A DNA stretch of 64,000 nt. Origin: Nemertoderma westbladi (Eukaryota > Animalia > Xenacoelomorpha). Below the pieces are notes generated by a model that searched no databases, had not been told where the DNA came from, and saw only the letters and a list, made by a program, of their open reading frames with translations. A program made the translations under genes and the position numbers. This document shows, in pieces, positions 1 to 11,700 of the stretch (its first letter is position 1; every line of letters begins with the position of its first letter). The DNA is taken from the NCBI GenBank assembly GCA_032718475.1, contig JAUCBJ010002756.1, positions 1 through 64,000 of the forward strand, given 5' to 3'.

Positions 1-85
1 TATTTCACTATAAGGTAGCATTTGTAGTTTAACTTTAACGTAAAAACTTTTGAAAATCCGACGTATTTTGATTAAATTACAGTAA

Positions 86-2285
86 TGTAATATGCCTATT
101 CATATTTGTACACATAAAACCCTTAGGTACTCTCGAGGCGTAGTGGTCAGATGGTTAAGGCGTTGGTTACATTACGTAGGTTACGAGTTCGAATCCCAGT
201 CGGGAAAATTGTATTTTGGGGCCATTTATTTTCGTGTGGTGCTAATTGGTAGGCCAATGAGAAGCGTACAACGTAGCGAATAATGAGCCAGGCCAATCAT
301 AGGGCATAAATTACCTTATTGCTCAAATGTGAGGCAGTGGAAAATTCTGTTAGGATTCCATGTCCCAGATTAGTGTAAGGGCCGGACTGCGTTGAACGAT
401 GAGCTGGGCCAATCATAGGGCACGACGCACTTCATTGCTCAATTGTGAAGCTGTGGAAATTTCTGTTTAGTTTCCATGTGCAATTTCTAGTATAAAAGGC
501 CGGTTTGCCTTCGGTTATCACTTCCCTTCACTTCACTTCCGTTATAATTTCTTATAACGTTACTCTATCACTTTATTCTTGTAAAATTAGTTAATTCGGT
601 TTCTTGTTGAAACTTCGTTTTTGATAAATCCTTTTGTAAAACTGTAAATATACTGCAATTTCCTGACATGTTTTCTTTTGGTCCGACTTCGGGACAGCCG
701 AACACCAGGGAGATGGCAGCCTAGACCGTTAGGCCGTAAGCAACGCAGGGAAGGGATGTCCACAACACGCTAGCGCCCACATTTGGATTGACCGCGCACC
801 CCCTTTGCCCCTTCGAAATACTCCACTTGCTATGCAGCGCCCGCTTTGTGAGAAAGGTAAGACTTTGTTCGACGCCCTTGCCCGCCGTAAGACCTATAGA
901 TCAGGGTAAGCGTGACACCGCACTGGACGCCGCAAATTTAGGATCAAATAATTATATCCAGACACCCCCCCTTTGTCAAGTCCTACGAATCCCTGGGTTA
1001 ACCTGTACTTCCTACAGGTGCGAACTATTGCCATTCGTCAGTACGCGAGTACATATTAGGTACGGACAGCATATGTTCCATAATTTAGTGATTCGTAGCA
1101 CTGACTGTTTGGTACCGGTTCGCTTTGTAGAACGTACATTAGTACCCCCCCCCCCCCCCCCCCCCCTGTCTGGAGTTAGCTATTTGATCAGGCAAGGAGT
1201 ATTTCTGCTACCGGCACACTGCTTGGCCTAGGGAGGTTTATTAATATCCTACCGCGCCTTGCCACGTACTGATAGGTATTGCTGCTAACTACCGCAGCAA
1301 CAAAATTCTAGAATTAAATTAGTATACCAGATCAGCTAACGTACGGTAGCGATTAACCCCTATTCTTATCTTACAACCAGAATCTGGTATTAGTGCCGAT
1401 CACGGGTGTAGTTACTAACACTGTGGTTGCCCATTGGGTTGTGGATAGGAAGGAGAGAGCTTTGACGTCATTCGTGAGTATAAAGTTCTACAAACGCGAC
1501 TAGTTTATTTTAGTAGCTAGCGCACGGTATCATTTTAGTCAGAAAATCACTAAAACCTAGTAAAAGGAATTACACGAAATTGTTTTATTTGTAACACACC
1601 CACACACACACGCCCTAAAACATATCGCCCTTAAAGTTCTACTAGCTATAGCGTACTATACATTACTTTAGGTGGAAATTATTTGTATTTGTACAATTAG
1701 GATCTGATTTAGTTGCGGCAAGATAAGGAGTATTTCACTTTCGTTATTAAACTGTTGTTTGTCTGGACAACGGTATTGTTACATTTAGGCCTGACCCTTT
1801 AGACTGATTTCGTACAGGGGGATCAGTTATTGTTACATTTAGGTACGACCCCTTTTCGACTGATTTAGGACTGTCAGTGTTGTTACGCTAGGTCTGTTAA
1901 CCCACTAGCTCGTATATAAACCATATAAATCACACCGCGGCAAGTTACTGTATTTAGGACTGTCAGTGATAGTTAGGATTCGCTGCGCGGGGATTGTTTT
2001 CCCGTGAGTTTGGTCTGTTACGGTAACTGTACATCTGCCTCACCGGTTAGAGGACAGGTATCCTTCTGTCTAGTACGTAGGCATTCGACCCGCTCACGTA
2101 CATAGAATAGATACAAGGCTCTGTTCCTCGCCAGTAGTCGTTTGTGTACTATATCTGTTTGTTTAGATATCCTGGACTGGGATTTGTTGTCAGATACTGT
2201 ACAAGCCCGTATACATTACTAGAGTCTCATAGTAAGATACATCGTTACTAGGATCTGGTAAGCGGTATACTACTGGACCCTTACA
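86..2285 (+). mobile_element. Probable solo LTR / LTR-like non-coding element (5' boundary uncertain, may start before the window)
   Basis: Block richer in GC than its flanks, with TGTAA (86) and CCCTTACA (2285) termini. It has a ~116-bp duplicated CCAAT-containing segment (about 280-385 and 397-503) and TATAAAA at ~491 followed by pyrimidine-rich sequence, a U3-like layout. No TSD or PBS found. Confidence 0.4.
137..205 (+). other. tRNA-derived Pol III promoter-like segment (SINE head or tRNA-like sequence in LTR)
   Basis: A-box-like TAGTGGTCAGATGG and B-box GAGTTCGAATCC at tRNA spacing; acceptor and anticodon stems do not pair well. Confidence 0.5.
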
Positions 2286-2858
2286 AATTTGATGATCAAA
2301 ATGACATAAAAACAAGGGATGGGCATTGGTACACCTTGGGTACCCATAGTTTCACCAAATTTTTTCATATGAAAAAGGATTTTATTATGAGGTTTTTTTT
2401 TATTATAACAAATATTTGACCTTCTGATAGAAGGATGGTAGCTAATAATTTCGACTTTGTGCTTGCTAGTACGTTTTTTTCGTACATTTTTAGTACATTT
2501 TTTTCATAATTTTATCTTGTAATAATGGCTAATGTCATGAATTTTTTGTTCTAGAACAAGTATTTTATAATGATGGTAGCTAGTAATTTTGATTTAGTGT
2601 TAGCTAGTACTTTTTATAAGATATTAATAAAGTAAATCATATTTAGAACATCAAACATAACTGTGTGTTTGTGTGTTATGTTGGTGTATTTTAATGATTA
2701 TTTGGAAAATTTAAGGTTTCGGGTAATTTTATATTTATATCTTTCAGTTGCGGTCGAGTAAACCGCTTGTGGTCGCAACTCCTACAAGCGTCTTCGCAAT
2801 AGCCCCCGTTGGTTGCTTATCTTCCGCCGGTACTTGCTAGATTTTGATAATTTAGTTT

Positions 2859-2889
2859 TCGCTCGCTCGACCTAGTAGTAGTAGTAGTA
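2859..2889 (+). mobile_element. Very short 3' tail of RTE family B
   Basis: CGCTCGCTCGACCTAGTAGTAGTAGTAGTA closely resembles the 3' terminus of the RTE fragment at 39361-39390 (opposite strand). Confidence 0.5.
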
Positions 2890-3486
2890 TTTGCTTTTTA
2901 TACATTTTTGTTAAATTATGTCAACTTAACAACGTTCTGGTGGATTACTCGTAACGCTGCAAAGTACTACTTTGCAGCGTTGCGGCATTTAGGACGGTAC
3001 GCTGCAAAGTAATCAATGACATGGAAACAACTTCAATTACCGTATTACAGAATGTATTATTTCCATTTATGTTAATCATTGCTGCTTTATTATCCAGTTT
3101 GCAGTTACGGGGCTAGCTACTGTATATAAATGATTGTTTAACGTGTACTGTAATCCATTATGGCGAAACGTCCAATAGAAGACACTAAAATGACCAAAGA
3201 AACTGACGACAGTGTTTAGTAAAACTGAACGGACACAGACGGTGACTAAGTTTGCTTCAGTCTACTATAATAGTCAAGATGGATTAATAATTTATCACAT
3301 CCATGCAGGAGATAACTTCCAATAAACGTTAATTAGATTTAAATGTATAATTAATACTGTGTACCTGTTAATAAATTTCACTTATATTCGATATAGTACA
3401 TGATTAAAATGTATAAATGAGCATCCATAAAATCCTTACCTCACATACCAAACGCTGATAAGTTGATATAATGTAACAAAATTACA

Positions 3487-3630
3487 TACATCATTGTGTG
3501 CAAAGGTCATTTTTCAGCGTTAAAGACCCTTGTATATTTATGTAAACCTCCCTCGCTGCGCTCGCTCGGTACATAAATAAACTCGTTTCATAACGCTGCA
3601 AAGTGCTAATTCTTTGCACACAATGATGTA
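3487..3630. mobile_element. Short MITE-like element with 19-bp terminal inverted repeats
   Basis: TACATCATTGTGTGCAAAG (3487) and CTTTGCACACAATGATGTA (ending 3630) are perfect inverted repeats; internal CCTCGCTGCGCTCG motif. Confidence 0.55.
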
Positions 3631-3855
3631 AATAGTTATTTCGGTAACGAATCCGTTTGTATTTATTTACATTTTGTTAAAAAATACAGGTTACCTAGTT
3701 TTTGCTACCTTTTTTAAATTTTAGCATTTTAGCTATTCATTAAAAAAATGTTCTAGAACAAATATTATTTTGTTCTACAAAATTTTTTAGTAATATTAAA
3801 CATTGCTGTTTAAAGAGATAGTGACGGAATTAATGTAAAATTGAAATACAACACC

Positions 3856-5394
3856 ATGAACCCAGAAGAAATCCCTAGCGACAGTGCCGATTTACAATTC
3901 ATTGATAGTCAATTGCAATTGGTACACAATCCATCAGATATTCGCTATCCTGACATTTTGGTAAAAGATCTTGAGAACCTGATGAATGATCATGAATCAG
4001 CAGATATGGTGTTTTTGATAGGACCCGAGCTCACAATAATTTACGCACATAGATTGATAATTTGGTTGCGATGTCGAAAGTACCGTTTTTATAAGTCGGA
4101 AATGTTTCAAAATTTGCAGCAGGATCCGCCCCAATTCCTTAAAGTTATACAGCAGGGCTACAACGTCCAATGTTTCCGACTAGTTCTCCGGTATATCTAT
4201 ACGGGTCATATTGTTCTCGACGATGACGTGGTATTTAACTGTTTGGCTTTGTCCCATGAATTGGGTCTATCAGACCTAATGTCTGCCTGCGAAGAGCACA
4301 TTCTGATCATGTTGGATGTAAACAACGCTTGCTACTTGCTAACTAGCGTTCTGAGACTCACCGCTCACTCAGATAAAGGCGCAAGTCATTCCGTTTCAGA
4401 AGACCATATAATTGAGACGATCATTCAGTACATCTGTGATCACGTCGACTACGTCTCAGGGCCAATGACGTCGTGGAACTCGTTATCTAAGGATGCCTTA
4501 CTCATGTTACTTCCCTTGGATAAGTTCTCTATGGAGGAGAACGAGATATGGCGGGCAGTGATACGTTGGGCATGTCATCAGTTAGAAATTAATATTAATC
4601 ACGAGACCTGGAACGACCAGGACCATGAGCAGCTCTCTAACCTTCTCGTCGACGTTCTCCCACACATAAGGACTCTACTCATCGACAACCAAATCTTCGC
4701 GGAGGAGGTAGAACCTACGAGGCTGTTTTCGAGAGACGATATTCTGGGTCGTTTCAAACTGTCCGCTATTCCGTCTGAGATGCGACATATGGTTGGAGAC
4801 CCTAGAGCACGTCCCAGACACAGGTTTAGTCTATTTAAAGATTCCGAAATACTTTCTGGCAATAACAGACATTTGCAGAGATATTTAGGACTTTGGAACG
4901 GGAATCTAGAAGATGATTGGATGTTGTTGTACAGGGCGTCTCGGGATGGCTATTCTAGCAATGAGTTTCATAAAAAGGCGGATGGTTATATTCCGACAAT
5001 GACCATAGTCCTCGGTGTTAATGACAGTATTTGTGGAGGTTATACCGATGTGCCATGGAGCTCCAAAGATGTTAAATCAAAGTCAAAGACACATAAAACC
5101 TCCAGTACGAGTTACCTATTCAGTATAAAGAACACAGAAAAGGCGACTCCAACAAAGTTCCCGATACAAATGGCTAATTTTGCAACTGTACACTCGGCTG
5201 AACATGGACCAGTGTTCGGATCCGGTCCCGATCTTTTAATAGCCAATAACTGCAACGTGAATAGAGACAGCCTTAGTCGATTCCCTCACACTTATATGGC
5301 TATGGAGCAGTCTAGTACAATTCTTATGGGAAGCACTACCTTTTCCGTCAAAGACTACGAAGTGTTTACTCTCAAAAGGAATTATTGTCAATAA
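3856..5394 (+). CDS. BTB/POZ-BACK-TLDc domain protein (single coding exon)
   Basis: BTB signature ADMVFLIG..IYAHRLII..FRLVLRYIYTGHI..L..ACEEHI; BACK-like MEENEIWRAVIRW; TLDc signature WMLLYRASRDGYSSNEFHKKADG..GGYT..GPVFGSGPDL..F.VKDYEVF. ATG in ACCATG context at 3856; AATAAA at 5497. Confidence 0.9.
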   Translation: MNPEEIPSDSADLQFIDSQLQLVHNPSDIRYPDILVKDLENLMNDHESADMVFLIGPELTIIYAHRLIIWLRCRKYRFYKSEMFQNLQQDPPQFLKVIQQGYNVQCFRLVLRYIYTGHIVLDDDVVFNCLALSHELGLSDLMSACEEHILIMLDVNNACYLLTSVLRLTAHSDKGASHSVSEDHIIETIIQYICDHVDYVSGPMTSWNSLSKDALLMLLPLDKFSMEENEIWRAVIRWACHQLEININHETWNDQDHEQLSNLLVDVLPHIRTLLIDNQIFAEEVEPTRLFSRDDILGRFKLSAIPSEMRHMVGDPRARPRHRFSLFKDSEILSGNNRHLQRYLGLWNGNLEDDWMLLYRASRDGYSSNEFHKKADGYIPTMTIVLGVNDSICGGYTDVPWSSKDVKSKSKTHKTSSTSYLFSIKNTEKATPTKFPIQMANFATVHSAEHGPVFGSGPDLLIANNCNVNRDSLSRFPHTYMAMEQSSTILMGSTTFSVKDYEVFTLKRNYCQ

Positions 5395-5738
5395 TGGAAT
5401 AACATTACATACATTTTTGAAGAACTTAAGAAACTGCACGTGCATTTCATATATATACTTGTTAACTTCCGTTTGGTCCATTTCCGTTCCCGGTGCAATA
5501 AAAACCGCATGGCGGATTACCGGTAGTTGCCGGTAGTAATTAATTAAATAATTAACGAGTGATTAAATTCACGTAAAGTAACGTTTGGACTTGAACACAT
5601 TTCATAAGAAATACATTATTTAAATACTAATTATCAAATAATAATATATTGTAATAAAATAATATAAATTATAATCAAGGATATGGTGCAACGATAGGTT
5701 TTGTTTATATCATAATAATTAGAAATAATTTAACTTAC

Positions 5739-8700
5739 GAATCCGTAATCTACAGATCGTCGCGACATTCCGAGCATGTACTGTTCTTGGTCTAACTCTT
5801 CGTCGGTTCCGAGAACCTCATTGAGGGTAAGTTCCACCGGAGCTTCGACCTCAGTGTTCGGTTTCTCATCATTCTGTAAACATGTAAACAACTGGAAGTA
5901 GGACCGTAAACATACTGATCTTTTTTATAGCTGTAAAAAGTGGATATCAATAAGTTATGATGCGCTTGCTAAAGGAAATTTGTCTTCAGAGATGCCTTGT
6001 AATATGGGCAAGTTTGATGATTATTTGTGGAGGTGTTGTGTTGCAGATGTATACGGCAATAATATGTACCGGTAGGTTGATGAATGGATAGCAAAAGAAC
6101 AGATTGAATCGTATGGCCGGGCCTACTGTAGGTATATTAGTAACGAACATTACCTCTTCTGCAGTGGAATTAGCTACAGTTGATTGGTGTAGGTGTTTAC
6201 AAGTTGAACAAGAATTAATTATACGCCTTAGATCAGGGTTCGGCGCCTGAACAGTTACCACCGAATCAAATACCCGTCTGTAGGCTGGAACTCTCTCCCT
6301 CCTAAAACACAGTGTTTTCATATCAGAAACCAGATACACCACTCATTGCACACATACTGACTGAACTATGCAGGTAGAACTCTGCTCTATGCTGTATTTT
6401 GTAACTCAAATTAAGCCATACATTACATACTTACAGAACTATGCAGTATTTGGCAAGAAAGTTCAGAGGATCGAACCGTGGGTGCTTATCTGATGGAATA
6501 TCCACTGGGGCCGCTTTGGGGGGTTTCCATTTCTTTCGAATTCTGGAAAGGGAAAGCCAATAATAATAAATTCTACATTGCAATGGTGATTGGTAATAAT
6601 TAGGGGCCAGGTGTGGGGGGGGGGGGGGGGGGGGTGGAATTAATATTTCATCTCGGAGGTAATGTTAAATTATAGATTTGGGGGAAGGAGCAGGTTTACA
6701 GTGGCACAAAATACTAACAAAACAATAAACGAAACTCAATAGAATTAGTTGGGGGGCGTTCATAAAGTACGTCAATCAAATTTTGGACCCCCCCCCCCCC
6801 CCCCCCCCCCCCTAGTCACAAAGTATCACGCAAGTTCAACCCCACCAACCCCTCTGTCACATTAATACATTTGTAATACCCCCAAACACGAAACATTGGC
6901 GTTTGGTTAGTCGTTTAGTAACTTTATACTTAAGGTTGGCGTTTGGTTAGTCGTTTGGTAACTTTATATGTACGGTTGGCGTTTGTAACTTTATACGTAC
7001 GGTTGGCGTTTGTAACTTTATACGTACGGTTGGTGTTTGGTTAGTCGTTTGGTAACTTTATACGTACGGTTGGCGTTTGTAACTTTATACGTACGGTTGG
7101 CGTTTGGTTAGTCGTTTAGTAACTTTATACGTACGGTTGGCGTTTGTTAGTCGTTTAGTAACTTTATACGTACGGTTGGCGTTTGGTTAGACGTTTAGTA
7201 ACTTTATACGTACGGTTGGCGTTTGGTTAGTCGTTTAATAACTTTATACGTACGGTTGGCGTTTGGTTAGACGTTTAGTAACTTTATACGTACGGTTGGC
7301 GTTTGGTTAGTCGTTTAGTAACTTTATACGTACGGTTGGCGTTTGGTTAGTCGTTTAGTAACTTTATACGTACGGTTGGCGTTTGGTTAGTCGTTTAGTA
7401 ACTTTATACGTACGGTTGGCGTTTGTAACTTTATACGTACGGTTGTCGTTTGGTTAGTCGTTTAGTAACTTTATACGTACGGTTGGCGTTTGGTTAGTCG
7501 TTTAGTAACTTTATACGTACGGTTGGCGTTTGGTTATCGTTTAGTAACTTTATACGTACGGTTGGCGTTTGGTTAGTCGTTTAGTAACTTTATACGTACG
7601 GTTGGCGTTTGTAACTTTATACGTACGGTTGTCGTTTGGTTAGACGTTTAGTAACTTTATACGTACGGTTGGCGTTTGGTTAGTCGTTTAGTAACTTTAT
7701 ACGTACGGTTGGCGTTTGGTTAGTCGTTTAGTAACTTTATACGTACGGTTGGCGTTTGTAACTTTATACGTACGGTTGGCGTTTGGTTAGACGTTTAGTA
7801 ACTTTATACGTACGGTTGGCGTTTGGTTAGTCGTTTAGTAACTTTATACGTACGGTTGGCGTTTGGTTAGTCGTTTAGTAACTTTATATGTACGGTTGGC
7901 GTTTGTAACTTTATACGTACGGTTGGCGTTTGTAACTTTATACGTACGGTTGGTGTTTGGTTAGTCGTTTGGTAACTTTATACGTACGGTTGGCGTTTGT
8001 AACTTTATACGTACGGTTGGCGTTTGGTTAGTCGTTTAGTAACTTTATACGTACGGTTGGCGTTTGTTAGTCGTTTAGTAACTTTATACGTACGGTTGGC
8101 GTTTGGTTAGACGTTTAGTAACTTTATACGTACGGTTGGCGTTTGGTTAGTCGTTTATAACTTTATACGTACGGTTGGCGTTTGGTTAGACGTTTAGTAA
8201 CTTTATACGTACGGTTGGCGTTTGGTTAGTCGTTTAGTAACTTTATACGTACGGTTGGCGTTTGGTTAGTCGTTTAGTAACTTTATACGTACGGTTGGCG
8301 TTTGGTTAGTCGTTTAGTAACTTTATACGTACGGTTGGCGTTTGTAACTTTATACGTACGGTTGTCGTTTGGTTAGTCGTTTAGTAACTTTATACGTACG
8401 GTTGGCGTTTGGTTAGTCGTTTAGTAACTTTATACCTACGGTTGGCGTTTGGTTAGTCGTTTAGTAACTTTATACGTACGGTTGGCGTTTGGTTAGTCGT
8501 TTAGTAACTTTATACGTACGGTTGGCGTTTGTAACTTTATACGTACGGTTGTCGTTTGGTTAGACGTTTAGTAACTTTATACGTACGGTTGGCGTTTGGT
8601 TAGTCGTTTAGTAACTTTATACGTACGGTTGGCGTTTGGTTAGTCGTTTAGTAACTTTATACGTACGGTTGGCGTTTGTAACTTTATACGTACGGTTGTC

Positions 8701-11700
8701 GTTTGGTTAGACGTTTAGTAACTTTATACGTACGGTTGGCGTTTGGTTAGTCGTTTAGTAACTTTATACGTACGGTTGGCGTTTGGTTAGTCGTTTAGTA
8801 ACTTTATACGTACGGTTGGCGTTTGGTTAGTCGTTTAGTAACTTTATACGTACGGTTGGCGTTTGGTTAGTCGTTTAGTAACTTTATACGTACGGTTGGC
8901 GTTTGTAACTTTATACGTACGGCTGGCGTTTGGTTAGTCGTTTAGTAACTTTATACGTACGGTTGGCGTTTGTAACTTTATACGTACGGTTGGCGTTTGT
9001 AACTTTATACGTACGGTTGGCGTTTGGTTAGTCGTTTAGTAACTTTATACGTACGGTTGGCGTTTGTAACTTTATACGTACGGTTGTCGTTTGGTTAGAC
9101 GTTTAGTAACTTTATACGTACGGTTGGCGTTTGGTTAGTCGTTTAGTAACTTTATACGTACGGTTGGCGTTTGGTTAGTCGTTTAGTAACTTTATACGTA
9201 CGGTTGGCGTTTGGTTAGTCGTTTAGTAACTTTATACGTACGGTTGGCGTTTGGTTAGTCGTTTAGTAACTTTATACGTACGGTTGGCGTTTGGTTAGTC
9301 GTTTAGTAACTTTATACGTACGGTTGGCGTTTGGTTAGTCGTTTAGTAACTTTATACGTACGGTTGGCGTTTGTAACTTTATACGTACGGTTGGCGTTTG
9401 GTTAGTCGTTTAGTAACTTTATACGTACGGTTGGCGTTTGGTTAGTCGTTTAGTAACTTTATACGTACGGTTGGCGTTTGGTTAGTCGTTTAGTAACTTT
9501 ATAAGTACGGTTGGCGTTTGTAACTTTATACGTACGGTTGTCGTTTGGTTAGACGTTTAGTAACTTTATACGTACGGTTGGCGTTTGGTTAGTCGTTTAG
9601 TAACTTTATACGTACGGTTGGCGTTTGTAACTTTATACGTACGGTTGTCGTTTGGTTAGTCGTTTAGTAACTTTATACTTACGGTTGGCGTTTGGTTAGT
9701 CGTTTAGTAACTTTATACGTACGGTTGGCGTTTGGTTAGTCGTTTAGTAACTTTATACGTACGGTTGGCGTTTGGTTAGTCGTTTAGTAACTTTATACGT
9801 ACGGTTGGCGTTTGGTTAGTCGTTTAGTAACTTTATACGTACGGTTGGCGTTTGTAACTTTATACGTACGGTTGTCGTTTGGTTAGACGTTTAGTAACTT
9901 TATACGTACGGTTGGCGTTTGGTTAGTCGTTTAGTAACTTTATACGTACGGTTGGCGTTTGGTTAGTCGTTTAGTAACTTTATACGTACGGTTGGCGTTT
10001 GGTTAGTCGTTTAGTAACTTTATACGTACGGTTGGCGTTTGGTTAGTCGTTTAGTAACTTTATACGTACGGTTGGCGTTTGGTTAGTCGTTTAGTAACTT
10101 TATACGTACGGTTGGCGTTTGGTTAGTCGTTTAGTAACTTTATACGTACGGTTGGCGTTTGGTTAGTCGTTTAGTAACTTTATACGTACGGTTGGCGTTT
10201 GGTTAGTCGTTTAGTAACTTTATACGTACGGTTGTCGTTTGGTTAGTCGTTTAGTAACTTTATACGTACGGTTGGCGTTTGGTTAGTCGTTTAGTAACTT
10301 TATACGTACGGTTGGCGTTTGGTTAGTCGTTTAGTAACTTTATACGTACGGTTGGCGTTTGGTTAGTCGTTTAGTAACTTTATACGTACGGTTGGCGTTT
10401 GGTTAGTCGTTTAGTAACTTTATACGTACGGTTGGCGTTTGGTTAGTCGTTTAGTAACTTTATACGTACGGTTGGCGTTTGGTTAGTCGTTTAGTAACTT
10501 TATACGTACGGTTGGCGTTTGGTTAGTCGTTTAGTAACTTTATACGTACGGTTGGCGTTTGGTTAGTCGTTTAGTAACTTTATACGTACGGTTGGCGTTT
10601 GGTTAGTCGTTTAGTAACTTTATACGTACGGTTGGTGTTTGGTTAGACGTTTAGTAACTTTATACGTACGGTTGGCGTTTGGTTAGTCGTTTAGTAACTT
10701 TATACGTACGGTTGGCGTTTGGTTAGTCGTTTAGTAACTTTATACGTACGGTTGGCGTTTGGTTAGTCGTTTAGTAACTTTATACGTACGGTTGGCGTTT
10801 GTAACTTTATACGTACGGTTGGCGTTTGTAACTTTATACGTACGGTTGGCGTTTGTAACTTTATACGTACGGTTGGCGTTTGGTTAGACGTTTAGTAACT
10901 TTATACGTACGGTTGGCGTTTGGTTAGTCGTTTAGTAACTTTATACGTACGGTTGGCGTTTGGTTAGTCGTTTAGTAACTTTATACGTACGGTTGGCGTT
11001 TGGTTAGTCGTTTAGTAACTTTATACGTACGGTTGGCGTTTGGTTAGTCGTTTAGTAACTTTATACTTAAGGTTGGCGTTTGGTTAGTCGTTTAGTAACT
11101 TTATACGTACAGTTGGCGTTTGTAACTTTATACGTACGGCTGGCGTTTGGTTAGTCGTTTAGTAACTTTATACGTACGGTTGGCGTTTGTAACTTTATAC
11201 GTACGGTTGGCGTTTGTAACTTTATACGTACGGTTGGCGTTTGTAACTTTATACGTACGGTTGGCGTTTGGTTAGACGTTTAGTAACTTTATACGTACGG
11301 TTGGCGTTTGTAACTTTATACGTACGGTTGTCGTTTGGTTAGACGTTTAGTAACTTTATACGTACGGTTGGCGTTTGGTTAGTCGTTTAGTAACTTTATA
11401 CGTACGGTTGGCGTTTGTAGCTTTATACGTACGGTTGGCGTTTGGTTAGTCGTTTGGTAACTTTATACGTATGGCTGGCGTTTGGTTAGTCGTTTAGTAA
11501 CTTTATACGTACGGTTGGCGTTTGTAACTTTATACGTACGGTTGTCGTTTGGTTAGACGTTTAGTAACTTTATACGTACGGTTGGCGTTTGGTTAGTCGT
11601 TTAGTAACTTTATACGTACGGTTGGCGTTTGGTTAGTCGTTTAGTAACTTTATACGTACGGTTGGCGTTTGGTTAGTCGTTTAGTAACTTTATACGTACG

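Noticed and set aside
788-1231. 147-aa ORF
   Set aside because: Non-ATG start, crosses a poly-C run, no motifs, lies inside the LTR-like block.
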